A DNA stretch of 64,000 bases from an uncultured Gemmatimonadales bacterium (GTDB lineage: Bacteria; Gemmatimonadota; Gemmatimonadetes; Gemmatimonadales; Gemmatimonadaceae), in assembly GCA_963701965.1 (NCBI GenBank), contig OY969695.1, forward strand, positions 4,352,001 to 4,416,000, in the 5' to 3' direction. Positions 50,643-60,763 of this stretch are shown piece after piece; within the stretch, counting starts at the first letter, position 1; each line of letters begins with the position of its first letter. A program made the position numbers and the translations under genes. The notes below the pieces were generated by a model. It made no database searches, was not told the origin of the DNA, and worked only from the letters and a program-made list of their open reading frames with translations.

Positions 50643-53600
50643 ATGCCCTCCCGATGGCGGGCACCGGCGGCGCTTTTAGCGCTGGCGCTCATGTTCGCCT
50701 GTCTCAAGGGACGGGGCCCCACGGACGCCGGGGCCAGCGACGTGCGGTTCTCATTGCACACGCAGGTGACGTCGACGGCGGGATCCGACCTGCACGTGCG
50801 GGTCGTGTATCTCGATCAGCCGGCCACGGGAGCCACGACGCCGGTGCCGGTGAATCTCGTGGACCAGCGGTTTCCGGTGACGACGGGCACGACGCGGCTG
50901 CCGCTGACGGTGGATTTGTCGCGATGCCTCGCCGATCCGCGCCGCTTGGTGCCGGGCACGCTGTGCCAGCTGATCGTGTCGATCGCGTTGGAGCAAAACG
51001 GGGTCGCGGTGGACAGCACGACGCTGCCGCCGGTCGCGGTGGTGCCGGGACAGGTGATCGACGACACGACGTCGGTCAGCGCGGTGGGCCAGGTGAAGGT
51101 GGTGCCCGCGGAGACGAGTGTCGCCGTGGGCGGGACCGTGCAGTTGTCGGACACGGTGTTCGACATCAACAACGTGGCGCTGCCGGGTCACGCGGTGACG
51201 TGGGCGAGCGCCGCCGACACGGTGGCGACGGTGAACGCGACGGGCCTGGTCACGGGGGTGCGGGCCGGCACGACGCAGATCACGGCCAGCGCCGGCGGAC
51301 AGGTGGGCACGGCGCTGCTGACGGTGACGCCGGGGGCGACCGGGGGCGGGGGACTGACGCTGCAGATCGGCACGGTCTCGTTCTCGGCGCCGGCCGGGGG
51401 CACGCTGCCAGCGAACGGGTTCATCGGGGTCACGTCGAGCGATACGACGACGGTGGGCGGTCTGACGGCGACCGTGACGTACGGCGCGGGGGCCACGGGG
51501 TGGCTGTCGGCCAATGTCAGCGATAGTGCGTTCGGGAGCGTGGCGACGAAGCCCAAGCCGGGCCTCGGCATGCCGGGCCTCGCTATGTCGGGCCTCGCCA
51601 TGTCGGGCCGGAGGGCGGCGACGACGCGGGCGCGGGGCGCGGTGCACGCGCTGGCCGGAAGTAACGTCACGACGCCGGCGACGCTGGACGTGGTGCCGAA
51701 CACGACGGGTCTCGCGGTGGGGACGTACACGGCGACGGTGACGGTGAGCGGGAGCGGCGGGCAAACGGCGACGCTCAATGTGTCCTACGCCATCAGCTCG
51801 GGCGCTGTCATTGCCGTGACTCCGAACGCGGTGGTGGACACCGCCGTGCAGGCCGGCGCGGCCGTCACCAAGAAGGTCGTCGTCACGAACATCGGCACCG
51901 GGTCGCTGAGCGGACTGTCGACGAGTGTGACGTACGGCGCGGGGGCGACGGGTTGGCTCGGCGTCGCGCAGAGCGGGACATCGGCGCCGGATACGCTCAC
52001 GCTGACGGCAACGCCCGGCACCAACGCGCCGGGCACATACTCGGCGCAAGTCACCGTGGCGTCGTCCGTGACGGGCGTCCCGCCCGTGAGCTTCGCCGTG
52101 CAGCTCCAGCTGACGCCAGGGACGAATCTCGGGCTCTCGCCCGCGGCTGTCACGTTCAATGTGTACTCGTTCGGCGGCACGCCGATCACGTCGCAAACCG
52201 TCACCGCGATCAACACCGGCATCGGTACGCTCGGCACGGTATCACAGGCTGACACCATCTCGTATGCGGGGAACACGGGCACCTTCGCGATTGGCTGGCT
52301 CGGTATCGGTGTCAGCGGCACGGCCATCACGCTCTCGATTCCGTCGACGACGCTGACGTTGGGGACGCTGACGGCGACGGTGCCCTTCGCGGCGACGAAC
52401 GCACTCAACAATCCGCAGACGCTGTCGGTTACCACCAACGTCTACGTCACCTTCACCAAGATCGCGGCGGGCTCCGAGTTCGCGTGCGGCCTCACCACAA
52501 TCGGGACGGTGCTGTGTTGGGGCGACAATACCTACGGACAGCTCGGGCAACAGAATCTGATATTGCCCAAGCTGTCGGTCGCCATTCAAACATTCCTACC
52601 GGTCGATTTCTCGAACCCGGTGGTCGACATTGAGACCGGTGGCTTCCACGCCTGCGCGCTCTTCCAATCGGGTGCCGTGTGGTGTTGGGGCAGGAACGAT
52701 CACGGTCAATTGGGCCTCGGGAACACGACGAGTCCCAATCCCGCGCCCACGCAGATCGCCGGGACCTGGTCGGCCATCGCCCTCGGCATGCAGCATACCT
52801 GCGCCATCCAGTCTGGGACGTTGCCGAACTACGTCGACTGCTGGGGTGACAACAGTGACGGACAACTCGGTCTCGGGGGCACGGTCAGCACGACGCCCGT
52901 GACCACGCCAACACAGACCACGGCCGGTCCGCTGGCGACGATAGCCGCCGGGGCGTTCCATACTTGTGGTGTCACCAGTACCACGGGTGGCAACATCGAG
53001 TGTTGGGGCGATAACACCTACGGCCAACTCGGTAACACGACGGTCGGCGGCAATTCGACGAATCCGGGTATCGCCATCCTGGACCCTCAAGGTATCCCGC
53101 CAAAGCAGGTGAGCGCCGGCACGTTCAATACGTGCGCCTTGGACGTGGCAGGCAACGGCTATTGCTGGGGTGACAATACGTACGGGCAGCTCGCCAATGG
53201 CACCACCGGTACGCCGGTCGGTCAGCCCGTGCTGCTGCCGGTGGCGAACTTCTCTTCCATCAGCAATGGATACGCGACCGTATGCGGCATCGCCGCGAAC
53301 GGGACGTATTGCTGGGGCAACGGCAGCAACGGACGCCTGGGCAACGGCACACTCGGCGTCAACGCGCTGGCGCCGACGTTGGTGACTGGAGGAACGGCTG
53401 GGAACTTCACCCAGATCGTCTCGTCGGCCACGGGATTTTATGGCTGCTTCATTAGCGGTGTCGTCGTGTCGTGCTTCGGATCCGACAATGCCGGGCAACT
53501 TGGCAACAACGACAACTCGGGAACGAGCTTCGCGACTCCTGTGCCGATGCTCGGTCAACCCGCGCCGGCCGGTGTCACGCCATCGCGCACGGGTCCCCGC

Positions 53601-53669
53601 ATCACGCCGCGCCGGACGCCGGTGCACGCCCAAGCCCGACCCCAGACACCTCTGGTAAAACGTCGATGA
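50643..53669 (+). CDS. Large lipoprotein: Ig-like (Big_2), BACON-like and RCC1/BLIP-II propeller domains (paralog 1)
   Basis: LMFAC lipobox; VTWAS..VATVNATGLVTG; repeated CWGDNTYGQLG / AGAFHTC. Confidence 0.85.
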   Translation: MPSRWRAPAALLALALMFACLKGRGPTDAGASDVRFSLHTQVTSTAGSDLHVRVVYLDQPATGATTPVPVNLVDQRFPVTTGTTRLPLTVDLSRCLADPRRLVPGTLCQLIVSIALEQNGVAVDSTTLPPVAVVPGQVIDDTTSVSAVGQVKVVPAETSVAVGGTVQLSDTVFDINNVALPGHAVTWASAADTVATVNATGLVTGVRAGTTQITASAGGQVGTALLTVTPGATGGGGLTLQIGTVSFSAPAGGTLPANGFIGVTSSDTTTVGGLTATVTYGAGATGWLSANVSDSAFGSVATKPKPGLGMPGLAMSGLAMSGRRAATTRARGAVHALAGSNVTTPATLDVVPNTTGLAVGTYTATVTVSGSGGQTATLNVSYAISSGAVIAVTPNAVVDTAVQAGAAVTKKVVVTNIGTGSLSGLSTSVTYGAGATGWLGVAQSGTSAPDTLTLTATPGTNAPGTYSAQVTVASSVTGVPPVSFAVQLQLTPGTNLGLSPAAVTFNVYSFGGTPITSQTVTAINTGIGTLGTVSQADTISYAGNTGTFAIGWLGIGVSGTAITLSIPSTTLTLGTLTATVPFAATNALNNPQTLSVTTNVYVTFTKIAAGSEFACGLTTIGTVLCWGDNTYGQLGQQNLILPKLSVAIQTFLPVDFSNPVVDIETGGFHACALFQSGAVWCWGRNDHGQLGLGNTTSPNPAPTQIAGTWSAIALGMQHTCAIQSGTLPNYVDCWGDNSDGQLGLGGTVSTTPVTTPTQTTAGPLATIAAGAFHTCGVTSTTGGNIECWGDNTYGQLGNTTVGGNSTNPGIAILDPQGIPPKQVSAGTFNTCALDVAGNGYCWGDNTYGQLANGTTGTPVGQPVLLPVANFSSISNGYATVCGIAANGTYCWGNGSNGRLGNGTLGVNALAPTLVTGGTAGNFTQIVSSATGFYGCFISGVVVSCFGSDNAGQLGNNDNSGTSFATPVPMLGQPAPAGVTPSRTGPRITPRRTPVHAQARPQTPLVKRR
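50679..51796. repeat. About 1.1-kb near-identical direct repeat, copy 1 (copy 2 at 53705-54804)
   Basis: Offset 3026 bp at the start and 3008 bp at the end (net 18-bp indel); shadow ORFs 50816-51172 and 53842-54198 are nearly identical. Confidence 0.9.
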
Positions 53670-56647
53670 CAAGCCGTCGGTGGCTCGCGCCTGCGTCCTT
53701 GGTGGCGCTGGCGCTCATGTTCGCCTGTCTCAAGGGACGGGGCCCCACGGACGCCGGGGCCAGCGACGTGCGGTTCGCGTTGCACACGCAGGTGACGTCG
53801 ACGGCGGGATCCGACCTGCACGTGCGGGTCGTGTATCTCGATCAGCCGGCCACGGGAGACACCACGCCGGTGCCGGTGAATCTTGTGGACCAGCGGTTTC
53901 CGGTGACGACGGGCACGATCCGGCTGCCGCTGACGGTGGATCTGTCGCGATGCCTCGCCGATCCGCGCCGCTTGGTGCCGGGCACGCTGTGCCAGCTGAT
54001 CGTGTCGATCGCGTTGGAGCAAAACGGGGTCGCGGTGGACAGCACGACGCTGCCGCCGGTCGCGGTGGTGCCGGGACAGGTGATCGACGACACGACGTCG
54101 GTCAGCGCGGTGGGCCAGGTGAAGGTGGTGCCCGCGGAGACGAGTGTCGCCGTGGGCGGGACCGTGCAGTTGTCGGACACGGTGTTCGACATCAACAACG
54201 TGGCGCTGCCGGGTCACGCGGTGACGTGGGCGAGCGCCGCCGACACGGTGGCGACGGTGAACGCGACGGGCCTGGTCACGGGGGTGCGGGCCGGCACGAC
54301 GCAGATCACGGCCAGCGCCGGCGGACAGGTGGGCACGGCGCTGCTGACGGTGACGCCGGGGGCGGCCGGGGGCGGGGGACTGACGCTGCAGATCGGCACG
54401 GTCTCGTTCTCGGCGCCGGCCGGGGGCACGCTGCCAGCGAACGGGTTCATTGGGGTCACGTCGAGCGACACGACGACGGTGGGTGGTCTGACAGCGACCG
54501 TGACGTACGGCGCGGGGGCCACGGGGTGGCTGTCGGCCAATGTGAGCGACAGCTCGTTCGGGAGCGTAGCCACGAAGCCCAAGCCGGGCCTCGGCATGTC
54601 GGGCCTCGCCATGTCCGGTCTGCGGTCAAGGCTGCGGGCCCAGGGCAGTGTGCACGCGCTGGCCGGAAGTAACGTCACGACGCCGGCGACGCTGGACGTG
54701 GTGCCGAACACGACGGGTCTCGCGGTGGGGACGTACACGGCGACGGTGACGGTGAGCGGGAGCGGCGGGCAAACGGCGACGCTCAATGTGTCCTACGCCA
54801 TCAGTTCCGGCGCGCTCATCGAATCCAATCCACCGTCGATGCTCGACACGGCGAACGCCGGCGGCTCGCCCGTGACGAAGCCGATCGCGATCTTCAACGG
54901 CGGGACAGGGTCGCTCAGCGGCCTGTCGACCAGCATCACGTTCACCAACGGCACGGGATGGGCAACGGCGACGCTCAACTCGCCGACCGCACCCGACACC
55001 GTCTCGGTGACCATGAAGCCGGCCACGCTGGCCGCCGGCGACTACGCGGCCGTCCTGACGGTCTCGTCATCGCTCGCTGGAGTCCCGCCGCGCAACATCG
55101 CGCTGGAGTTCGAGGTCCTGACCGGCCCGACGCTCGGATTCTCGGCGCCGACATTGAACTTCAGCCAGTACAAGGACGGCAGCACGCTCGCCGGCGCCCA
55201 GACCACGACGGCGATCAACACGGGCACGGGCACGCTGGGACAGGTCTCGGAGGCCGGAGCGATCACCTATGGGTCCGGCGCCACCGGATGGCTGACGTTA
55301 TCCGTCAGCGGCACGACGATCACGGCGCAGCCAAACACGGCGGCCTTGCCGCTCGGCAACTTCACGTCGACCATCCCTTTCAACGCCGTCGGCGCCACCA
55401 ACAATCCGCAGCTCCTGACCGTGAACGTGGGCTCCGGGGTGACGTATACGAAAGTCGTGGTCGGCGAGACGTTCGCCTGCGGCCTCACCACCGCGGGCAC
55501 CGTCTACTGCTGGGGCACTGAGACCTTCGGCGAGCTTGGGAACGGCGTCACCAGTCTCGTCTCGGCCACGCCCCTCCAGGCGCAGATCCCCGGGCTGGGG
55601 GGCCCGAATCAGATCAAGGTCACCGACGTCTCAGCCGGCGAGAATCACGTCTGCGTGCTGCTCTCGACGAGCATCGTCGATTGTTGGGGCCGGAACGATC
55701 GCGGGCAGGCAGGAACCGGCACCGCGGGTGGCCCGGTGCTCACGCCGACCGCGGTCACGGGAACGTGGAAAGCCATCAGCGCCGGCGGGTTGTTCACGTG
55801 CGCCATCGAGACGGGCGCCACCGCCTACGTCGAATGCTGGGGTGACAACTCGAAGGGGCAGCTGGGATCAGGCACGACGGACGCGAATACGCACCCGGTG
55901 CCCACGAACTCGGGATTCTTCATGTACACGTCGGTCAGCGCCGGCTTCGATCACGCCTGCGGTATTCAGAGTGGCTCGGTCGAGTGCTGGGGCAGCAATG
56001 TTTCCGGCCAGGTCGGTAATGGGCAGTCGGCCGACACCGTGCCGTCGGCGCAGTTCGCGCCGCTCGCGAGCGGAGCCGTCAATGCCGTGAGCGTCAGTGC
56101 CGGCAACGGGTTTAGCTGCGCCACCGATACGAATGGGAATGCGTGGTGCTGGGGCGATAATCAGTTCGGGGAGTTGGGGCTCGGGACGACATCGACGACC
56201 CCGACGGTCACGCCCACCGAGATCACGAACGTCGGCGGATTCACCGTCTTGAGCGCGGGATTCGAGCACGCCTGTGGGGTGAGCAACGGGCTGGCCGTCT
56301 GCTGGGGCGACAACACGTCCGGTGAGCTGGGTACGGGGACCGCCGGCAGTCCCGCGACTTTGCCGACCACGGTTCTGACGGGCGGCGCGTCGTCCTTTCA
56401 GGTGGCGACGGCGGCGGGCGTCGGATCAGTGTCCTGCATCATTCTGGGAAGCTCGGACTCGGTCGGCTGCTTCGGCGACGCGACCAAGGGTCAGATGGGC
56501 AATGGCTCGACGACCGGGCAAGTCGCCCAGCCGGGCGCGGTCTCGTTCCAGCCCACGCCGCCGGGCGTGAACCCGTCGCACGTCGTACCGCGACGGCCGG
56601 GCCCGACCATCAAGGCGCGACAGTCGGTACGCACACGAAGCCGGTGA
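53666..56647 (+). CDS. Large lipoprotein: Ig-like, BACON-like and RCC1 domains (paralog 2)
   Basis: ATGA overlap with paralog 1; same N-terminal third; CWGDNSKGQLG, AGFDHAC repeats. Confidence 0.85.
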   Translation: MTSRRWLAPASLVALALMFACLKGRGPTDAGASDVRFALHTQVTSTAGSDLHVRVVYLDQPATGDTTPVPVNLVDQRFPVTTGTIRLPLTVDLSRCLADPRRLVPGTLCQLIVSIALEQNGVAVDSTTLPPVAVVPGQVIDDTTSVSAVGQVKVVPAETSVAVGGTVQLSDTVFDINNVALPGHAVTWASAADTVATVNATGLVTGVRAGTTQITASAGGQVGTALLTVTPGAAGGGGLTLQIGTVSFSAPAGGTLPANGFIGVTSSDTTTVGGLTATVTYGAGATGWLSANVSDSSFGSVATKPKPGLGMSGLAMSGLRSRLRAQGSVHALAGSNVTTPATLDVVPNTTGLAVGTYTATVTVSGSGGQTATLNVSYAISSGALIESNPPSMLDTANAGGSPVTKPIAIFNGGTGSLSGLSTSITFTNGTGWATATLNSPTAPDTVSVTMKPATLAAGDYAAVLTVSSSLAGVPPRNIALEFEVLTGPTLGFSAPTLNFSQYKDGSTLAGAQTTTAINTGTGTLGQVSEAGAITYGSGATGWLTLSVSGTTITAQPNTAALPLGNFTSTIPFNAVGATNNPQLLTVNVGSGVTYTKVVVGETFACGLTTAGTVYCWGTETFGELGNGVTSLVSATPLQAQIPGLGGPNQIKVTDVSAGENHVCVLLSTSIVDCWGRNDRGQAGTGTAGGPVLTPTAVTGTWKAISAGGLFTCAIETGATAYVECWGDNSKGQLGSGTTDANTHPVPTNSGFFMYTSVSAGFDHACGIQSGSVECWGSNVSGQVGNGQSADTVPSAQFAPLASGAVNAVSVSAGNGFSCATDTNGNAWCWGDNQFGELGLGTTSTTPTVTPTEITNVGGFTVLSAGFEHACGVSNGLAVCWGDNTSGELGTGTAGSPATLPTTVLTGGASSFQVATAAGVGSVSCIILGSSDSVGCFGDATKGQMGNGSTTGQVAQPGAVSFQPTPPGVNPSHVVPRRPGPTIKARQSVRTRSR
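53705..54804. repeat. About 1.1-kb near-identical direct repeat, copy 2
   Basis: Matches 50679-51796. Confidence 0.9.
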
Positions 56648-59600
56648 AGTAGCCCGGCTTCATGATCGCCGGCGCATCGCCGACGGTCAGCTCGAACGTG
56701 AATTTGATCGGAGTCCCGTTCGTCAACTGGGCCACGCCCGTGCCGCTGTGCATGCCCCAATCGAAGTTGGGGAGCGTGCCCGCCATGCGCCAGGCGTCGG
56801 CCTTCTGCAGGAGGTCGAACCCGGCCCACGGTCCGCTCGTCTGGAGCAGCGTGATCTCCTGATTGTTGACCGTCGCGGTCACGCTCGCGGTGTGTCCCGT
56901 GCCGGGGTTCCACACAAACGGCGACGGCCCTGGATTCCGCTTCGTGAATCGCACCGTCGTGTTGTCCATGATCACCGTCACCGCGGGCAGGAAATCGTTG
57001 ATGGCCACGGGACGCAGCGTCATGTCGATCTCCGGCGTCGGATTCGTGCCCCGGAACAAGGCCGCCGACACCGCGGCCGCTTTGTTGAAGAAGGCCACGA
57101 ACGCCGGCGAGATCGCCACCGCCGATGTGGGCGCCGCCGCGTAGTCCGCGCCCTGCTTGATCAACACCGCCTGCAGCTGGCTGTCGTACATCTTCCAGAG
57201 GGCGCCGGTCTGCGGCGCGAACACGGCCGTGACATCGGCGGCGGATGCCGGATCGGTCGCCGACGGATTGAACGGGTACTTCGCCAGCACCGGTTTGGCG
57301 ACGGCGCAGAAGCCCGATCCCGCGCCATTGAGCGGACCCTTGCCCACCACGCGGAGCAGGGCGTTGGTGTAGTCGATCGGGGATTGCATGAGACGCTGCA
57401 CCGTGCTGGCGATGCCCACGTCGCTGCCGACCCGAAATCCCTGCGCCACCTGCGTGGCCGCCAACAACGCGGGCTGCACGCTCTGGCGCGCCTGTTCCAC
57501 CGCCGGCCCATTGCCGCCCGGCGGCGCGATCGCCGCCGCCTGCACGGTCGTCTGCATCTGCGCCAGCGCGTTGATATAGGGCGCGTTCTTTTCGCCGACC
57601 AGCTTATCCGCCGTCCCCGGCGGGGTCACGAAGTGCACCGGCTGAAACACGTTGGCCGCCATCTGCGAGTCGACGGCCGTGTTTTGCGCGGCGACCTGCA
57701 GCAGCTCGAGCAGCGGCGACTGGTTGCCGCCCAGCAGGGCCAGTTTCTTGGCCGCGTCGCCGAGCCCGTCGAAGTGCAGCACGGTCGCCGACGATAGGTA
57801 GGTCCGCCACTGCTTCGCGTAGTCGGCCGCGTAGCGCGCCTTGAGATCGTTGCGCAGCTTCGCGCGATCGACCCGCGCGCTGGTGTCGCTGCCCAATACC
57901 CACGTCTCCCCCGCCAGGAGCTTATCGACGTTGGCGAACGAGTTCTGCACCGCGGCCCACCCCTGGGCCGTGAAGGCGCCGGGGACCTGATAGGCATCGA
58001 CGACGGCGGCGGACGACCCGGGGAACGCGCGATTGAACTGGACGGCGGGGATGACGCGCGACGCGTCCTGAATGCGGAACTGGTAGATCTGGTCGGCGAC
58101 GGCGAACTGCGACAAGAATCCGCGCGCGTGGGCCACCGCCGCCAGGTCGGCGCCAATCACGTACGGATTCGCCACGGCCAGCTCCGTCGCGTAGCGATCG
58201 AATTGCCGCTTGGCGAGATCGAGGCGCGTCGTGTCGACCGAGCGCCCGGACAGCCAGGTCGCCGTCAGCACCGGCGTCAGAAACTCGGGCGTGCTCTTGG
58301 CCCAGTCGCTGGTCGTGATGAGATAGGCCTTGAGGGCGTTGTACCACGCGCCGTAGTCGTCGGTGGGGCGCGGCGCCGCCGGCAGATTGCGGAGGTTGGC
58401 CGCGAGGTTCGTGCGCGTGCCCTCGAACATCGCGCGCGCGAATCCGTCGAAGTACGCCGCCCGCACGGCGGGATAGAGTGCGCCGCCCGTGTACAGGCCC
58501 CACTTGAGGTGGAGCGGGGCCCCGTCGTGCTCGTAGCCGCTGAGCAGCGTCAAGTAGCTCCCCAGCGAGTCGAGCCGGCGCAGCGCATCGACGTTGGCGA
58601 TGTTGGCGCCGGCCGGCGGAAGCACGGCGACCGCGCGTGCCGCTTCCTGCGCGCCGCTCTCAATGGCGCGGTTCCCGAGGAACGAGACCGTCCATCCGAC
58701 CGCCAGCACCAGGCAGGCCGCCGCGGCGATGGCCAGCGCCGTCCGCCGCAGCGCGTCGATGCGGGCCCCGGCGCGCGTGGCGGCCAGCGCGGCGTCATCG
58801 GCGAGGACGACCTCGCGCATGATGCGATCCAGAAACAACCACCGGGGCACACGCCGTGGACCGTGGACCGGTGCCGCGGCCAAGGCCGCCGCGGCGGCCG
58901 CTTGCCCCTTGAACACGTTCGTGGCGTTGGCGGCCAGGATCGGCGTCGGCGTCGCGGCGGAGACGGCGGCCGCGGGCGCGACGTCCTGCACGACGATGGC
59001 CTGCACGCCCGTGAAGTAGAACCCGCGGAGGAACGGATTGACCTGGAGCGCGCTCGGCTTGCACAGCTCCAGGAGAAACTCGACCACGAGCGGCGCCAGC
59101 TTGCGGAACTCGCGGGGAAACTCGTAGGCGCTGGGCTTGAACTCGTTGCCGTGCTCGCGGGGCAGAAGTTCCACCCGGCGCGTGGCGAGCGAATGAAACA
59201 GGGCGTGGAACTCGGCGTTGAGTCGCGGACCCGCCCGATCGGCATACGACCCTGTCGTGCCCGTGTCCGCGGGCAGCGTGACGCCCAGCGGCTCGCGAAC
59301 TTCTTCGGCCGAGAAGTTCCGCACGTAATCGGCGAAGTACGGAATGCGATCGGCTTTCGTGAACAGCACGTAGACCGGGAGCCGGACGCCGAGGTGTTTC
59401 GCCAGCGCTGCCAAACGCTCGGCCAGCGGCCGCGCCACCGCGGCGGCGGACTGTCCCGGCTTCACCAACTCATCGCACGCCACGCAGACGACCGCGGCGC
59501 GGGGGGCCTGCGCCCGCCCGGTGAACGCCGCGGCGAAGCGACGCGGCTGCACGTGTTCGATGACTTTGGCCCAGTCCGCGGCATCGGACGCCAGTGCCCC

Positions 59601-60071
59601 GCCGGTATCGAAGAACACGGCGCCCTGGCCGTACCACAGATTGGCCGACGCCGTCGGCGCGATCGCATCGCCGCGATAGACGGCGCCGGCCAGGAGCTCG
59701 GGCTCGAGTCCCGAACGCACGACGGTCGTCGTCTTCGCCGAGCCGGGAGGACCCAGCACGACGAGCATCGGGAGCCGGGTCATGTCCGTCTTCTTGCCCA
59801 CCGGCGACGCGGCAAAATGCGCGCGCGCCGCGGCCACCACGGCGTCGATGTCGTCCGCCCGTCCGTCGCCGGTCGTTGGCGCCCCCGCCTTGGGCAACAG
59901 GAACCAGAGGAGGAGGCCCGCGGCGGCGATCCCGAGCAGCGACAGGCCGCCGCCCAGCATCAAAAGGTCGGCGCCGTGGAGCTTGAGCAAAAAGCCCAGT
60001 CCCCAGGCGACGACGAGATAGATCAGGAGACCGACGAGGGTCCCGACCCAAAGCGTGCGTGGACGGATCAC
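56610..60071 (-). CDS. tssM: Type VI secretion membrane subunit TssM/IcmF
   Basis: TM, GPPGSAKTT, LPVYVLFTKAD, FLRGFYFT, WGLYTG, YNALKAYL, VPGAFT..GW; GTGA overlap with tssL. Confidence 0.9.
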   Translation of the reverse strand: MIRPRTLWVGTLVGLLIYLVVAWGLGFLLKLHGADLLMLGGGLSLLGIAAAGLLLWFLLPKAGAPTTGDGRADDIDAVVAAARAHFAASPVGKKTDMTRLPMLVVLGPPGSAKTTTVVRSGLEPELLAGAVYRGDAIAPTASANLWYGQGAVFFDTGGALASDAADWAKVIEHVQPRRFAAAFTGRAQAPRAAVVCVACDELVKPGQSAAAVARPLAERLAALAKHLGVRLPVYVLFTKADRIPYFADYVRNFSAEEVREPLGVTLPADTGTTGSYADRAGPRLNAEFHALFHSLATRRVELLPREHGNEFKPSAYEFPREFRKLAPLVVEFLLELCKPSALQVNPFLRGFYFTGVQAIVVQDVAPAAAVSAATPTPILAANATNVFKGQAAAAAALAAAPVHGPRRVPRWLFLDRIMREVVLADDAALAATRAGARIDALRRTALAIAAAACLVLAVGWTVSFLGNRAIESGAQEAARAVAVLPPAGANIANVDALRRLDSLGSYLTLLSGYEHDGAPLHLKWGLYTGGALYPAVRAAYFDGFARAMFEGTRTNLAANLRNLPAAPRPTDDYGAWYNALKAYLITTSDWAKSTPEFLTPVLTATWLSGRSVDTTRLDLAKRQFDRYATELAVANPYVIGADLAAVAHARGFLSQFAVADQIYQFRIQDASRVIPAVQFNRAFPGSSAAVVDAYQVPGAFTAQGWAAVQNSFANVDKLLAGETWVLGSDTSARVDRAKLRNDLKARYAADYAKQWRTYLSSATVLHFDGLGDAAKKLALLGGNQSPLLELLQVAAQNTAVDSQMAANVFQPVHFVTPPGTADKLVGEKNAPYINALAQMQTTVQAAAIAPPGGNGPAVEQARQSVQPALLAATQVAQGFRVGSDVGIASTVQRLMQSPIDYTNALLRVVGKGPLNGAGSGFCAVAKPVLAKYPFNPSATDPASAADVTAVFAPQTGALWKMYDSQLQAVLIKQGADYAAAPTSAVAISPAFVAFFNKAAAVSAALFRGTNPTPEIDMTLRPVAINDFLPAVTVIMDNTTVRFTKRNPGPSPFVWNPGTGHTASVTATVNNQEITLLQTSGPWAGFDLLQKADAWRMAGTLPNFDWGMHSGTGVAQLTNGTPIKFTFELTVGDAPAIMKPGYFTGFVCVPTVAP

Positions 60072-60763
60072 GCGTGGACTCCCGCTAGAGCCAAGCCCGA
60101 CTTCAGCACGACGACGTAGACGAGGAAGAGCGCGACGGCAATGACGGCGGTAACGCCGGCGACGACGCTCAAGCGTCGCACCCACGGATCGGTCGCCCGC
60201 GCCGGGATGACATCCTTGGGCGGGCGCCAGGAGCGGGAGAGCTCGTTGACGCCCTCTTTGCCGACCAGACCGCGCGCCCGGCGGATCTTGGAGCCGACCT
60301 GCGCGATCAGCGATTGGAGCTCGCCACTGTCACTGGCGCTGTAGCGGCCGTGGAAGCCGAGCAGCATGCCGAGTTGATAGACCTCGAGCAAGTCGGCCAA
60401 GGCTTCCGAATCCTGCCGCGTGAGCAACTGCCGCACTTGCTGAAAGAACGCTTCGCCGCCGACGTTGCCGCCGAACAGCTCGTCCTGCAGCGGCCGGCGC
60501 GGCCACTCGGCGAACATGGGATTGGACGAATTGAGGACCGACTCGTCGAGAAAGGCGACGGCGGCGAAGATCGCCAGCCGCACGTCGTCGCCCGAATACC
60601 CGGCGTCGAGGGCTTCGCGCTCGGCGATCCCGAGCAGATGCTTCACGTGCTCGCGGAAGGAGGCCGCGTCGGCGGCGACTTGCTTCTGGGCGCGCAGGCG
60701 GACGGTCGCCGTCAGCACCTCCTGCAGCGAGAGGGCCAACCGGCCGTGCTGCAGGGACGTCAT
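60068..60763 (-). CDS. tssL: Type VI secretion protein TssL/DotU
   Basis: AFLDESVL, W..RPLQ.ELFG..GGEAFF, LLEVYQLGMLLGFHGRY, C-terminal TM. Confidence 0.92.
   Translation of the reverse strand: MTSLQHGRLALSLQEVLTATVRLRAQKQVAADAASFREHVKHLLGIAEREALDAGYSGDDVRLAIFAAVAFLDESVLNSSNPMFAEWPRRPLQDELFGGNVGGEAFFQQVRQLLTRQDSEALADLLEVYQLGMLLGFHGRYSASDSGELQSLIAQVGSKIRRARGLVGKEGVNELSRSWRPPKDVIPARATDPWVRRLSVVAGVTAVIAVALFLVYVVVLKSGLALAGVHA

Noticed and set aside
50679..54804. Diversity-generating retroelement TR/VR pair
   Set aside because: The repeat is 1.1 kb, N-terminal and coding in both copies; differences are not adenine-specific; no reverse transcriptase in the window.
58128..60119. 663-aa plus-strand ORF
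   Set aside because: Antisense shadow of tssM.
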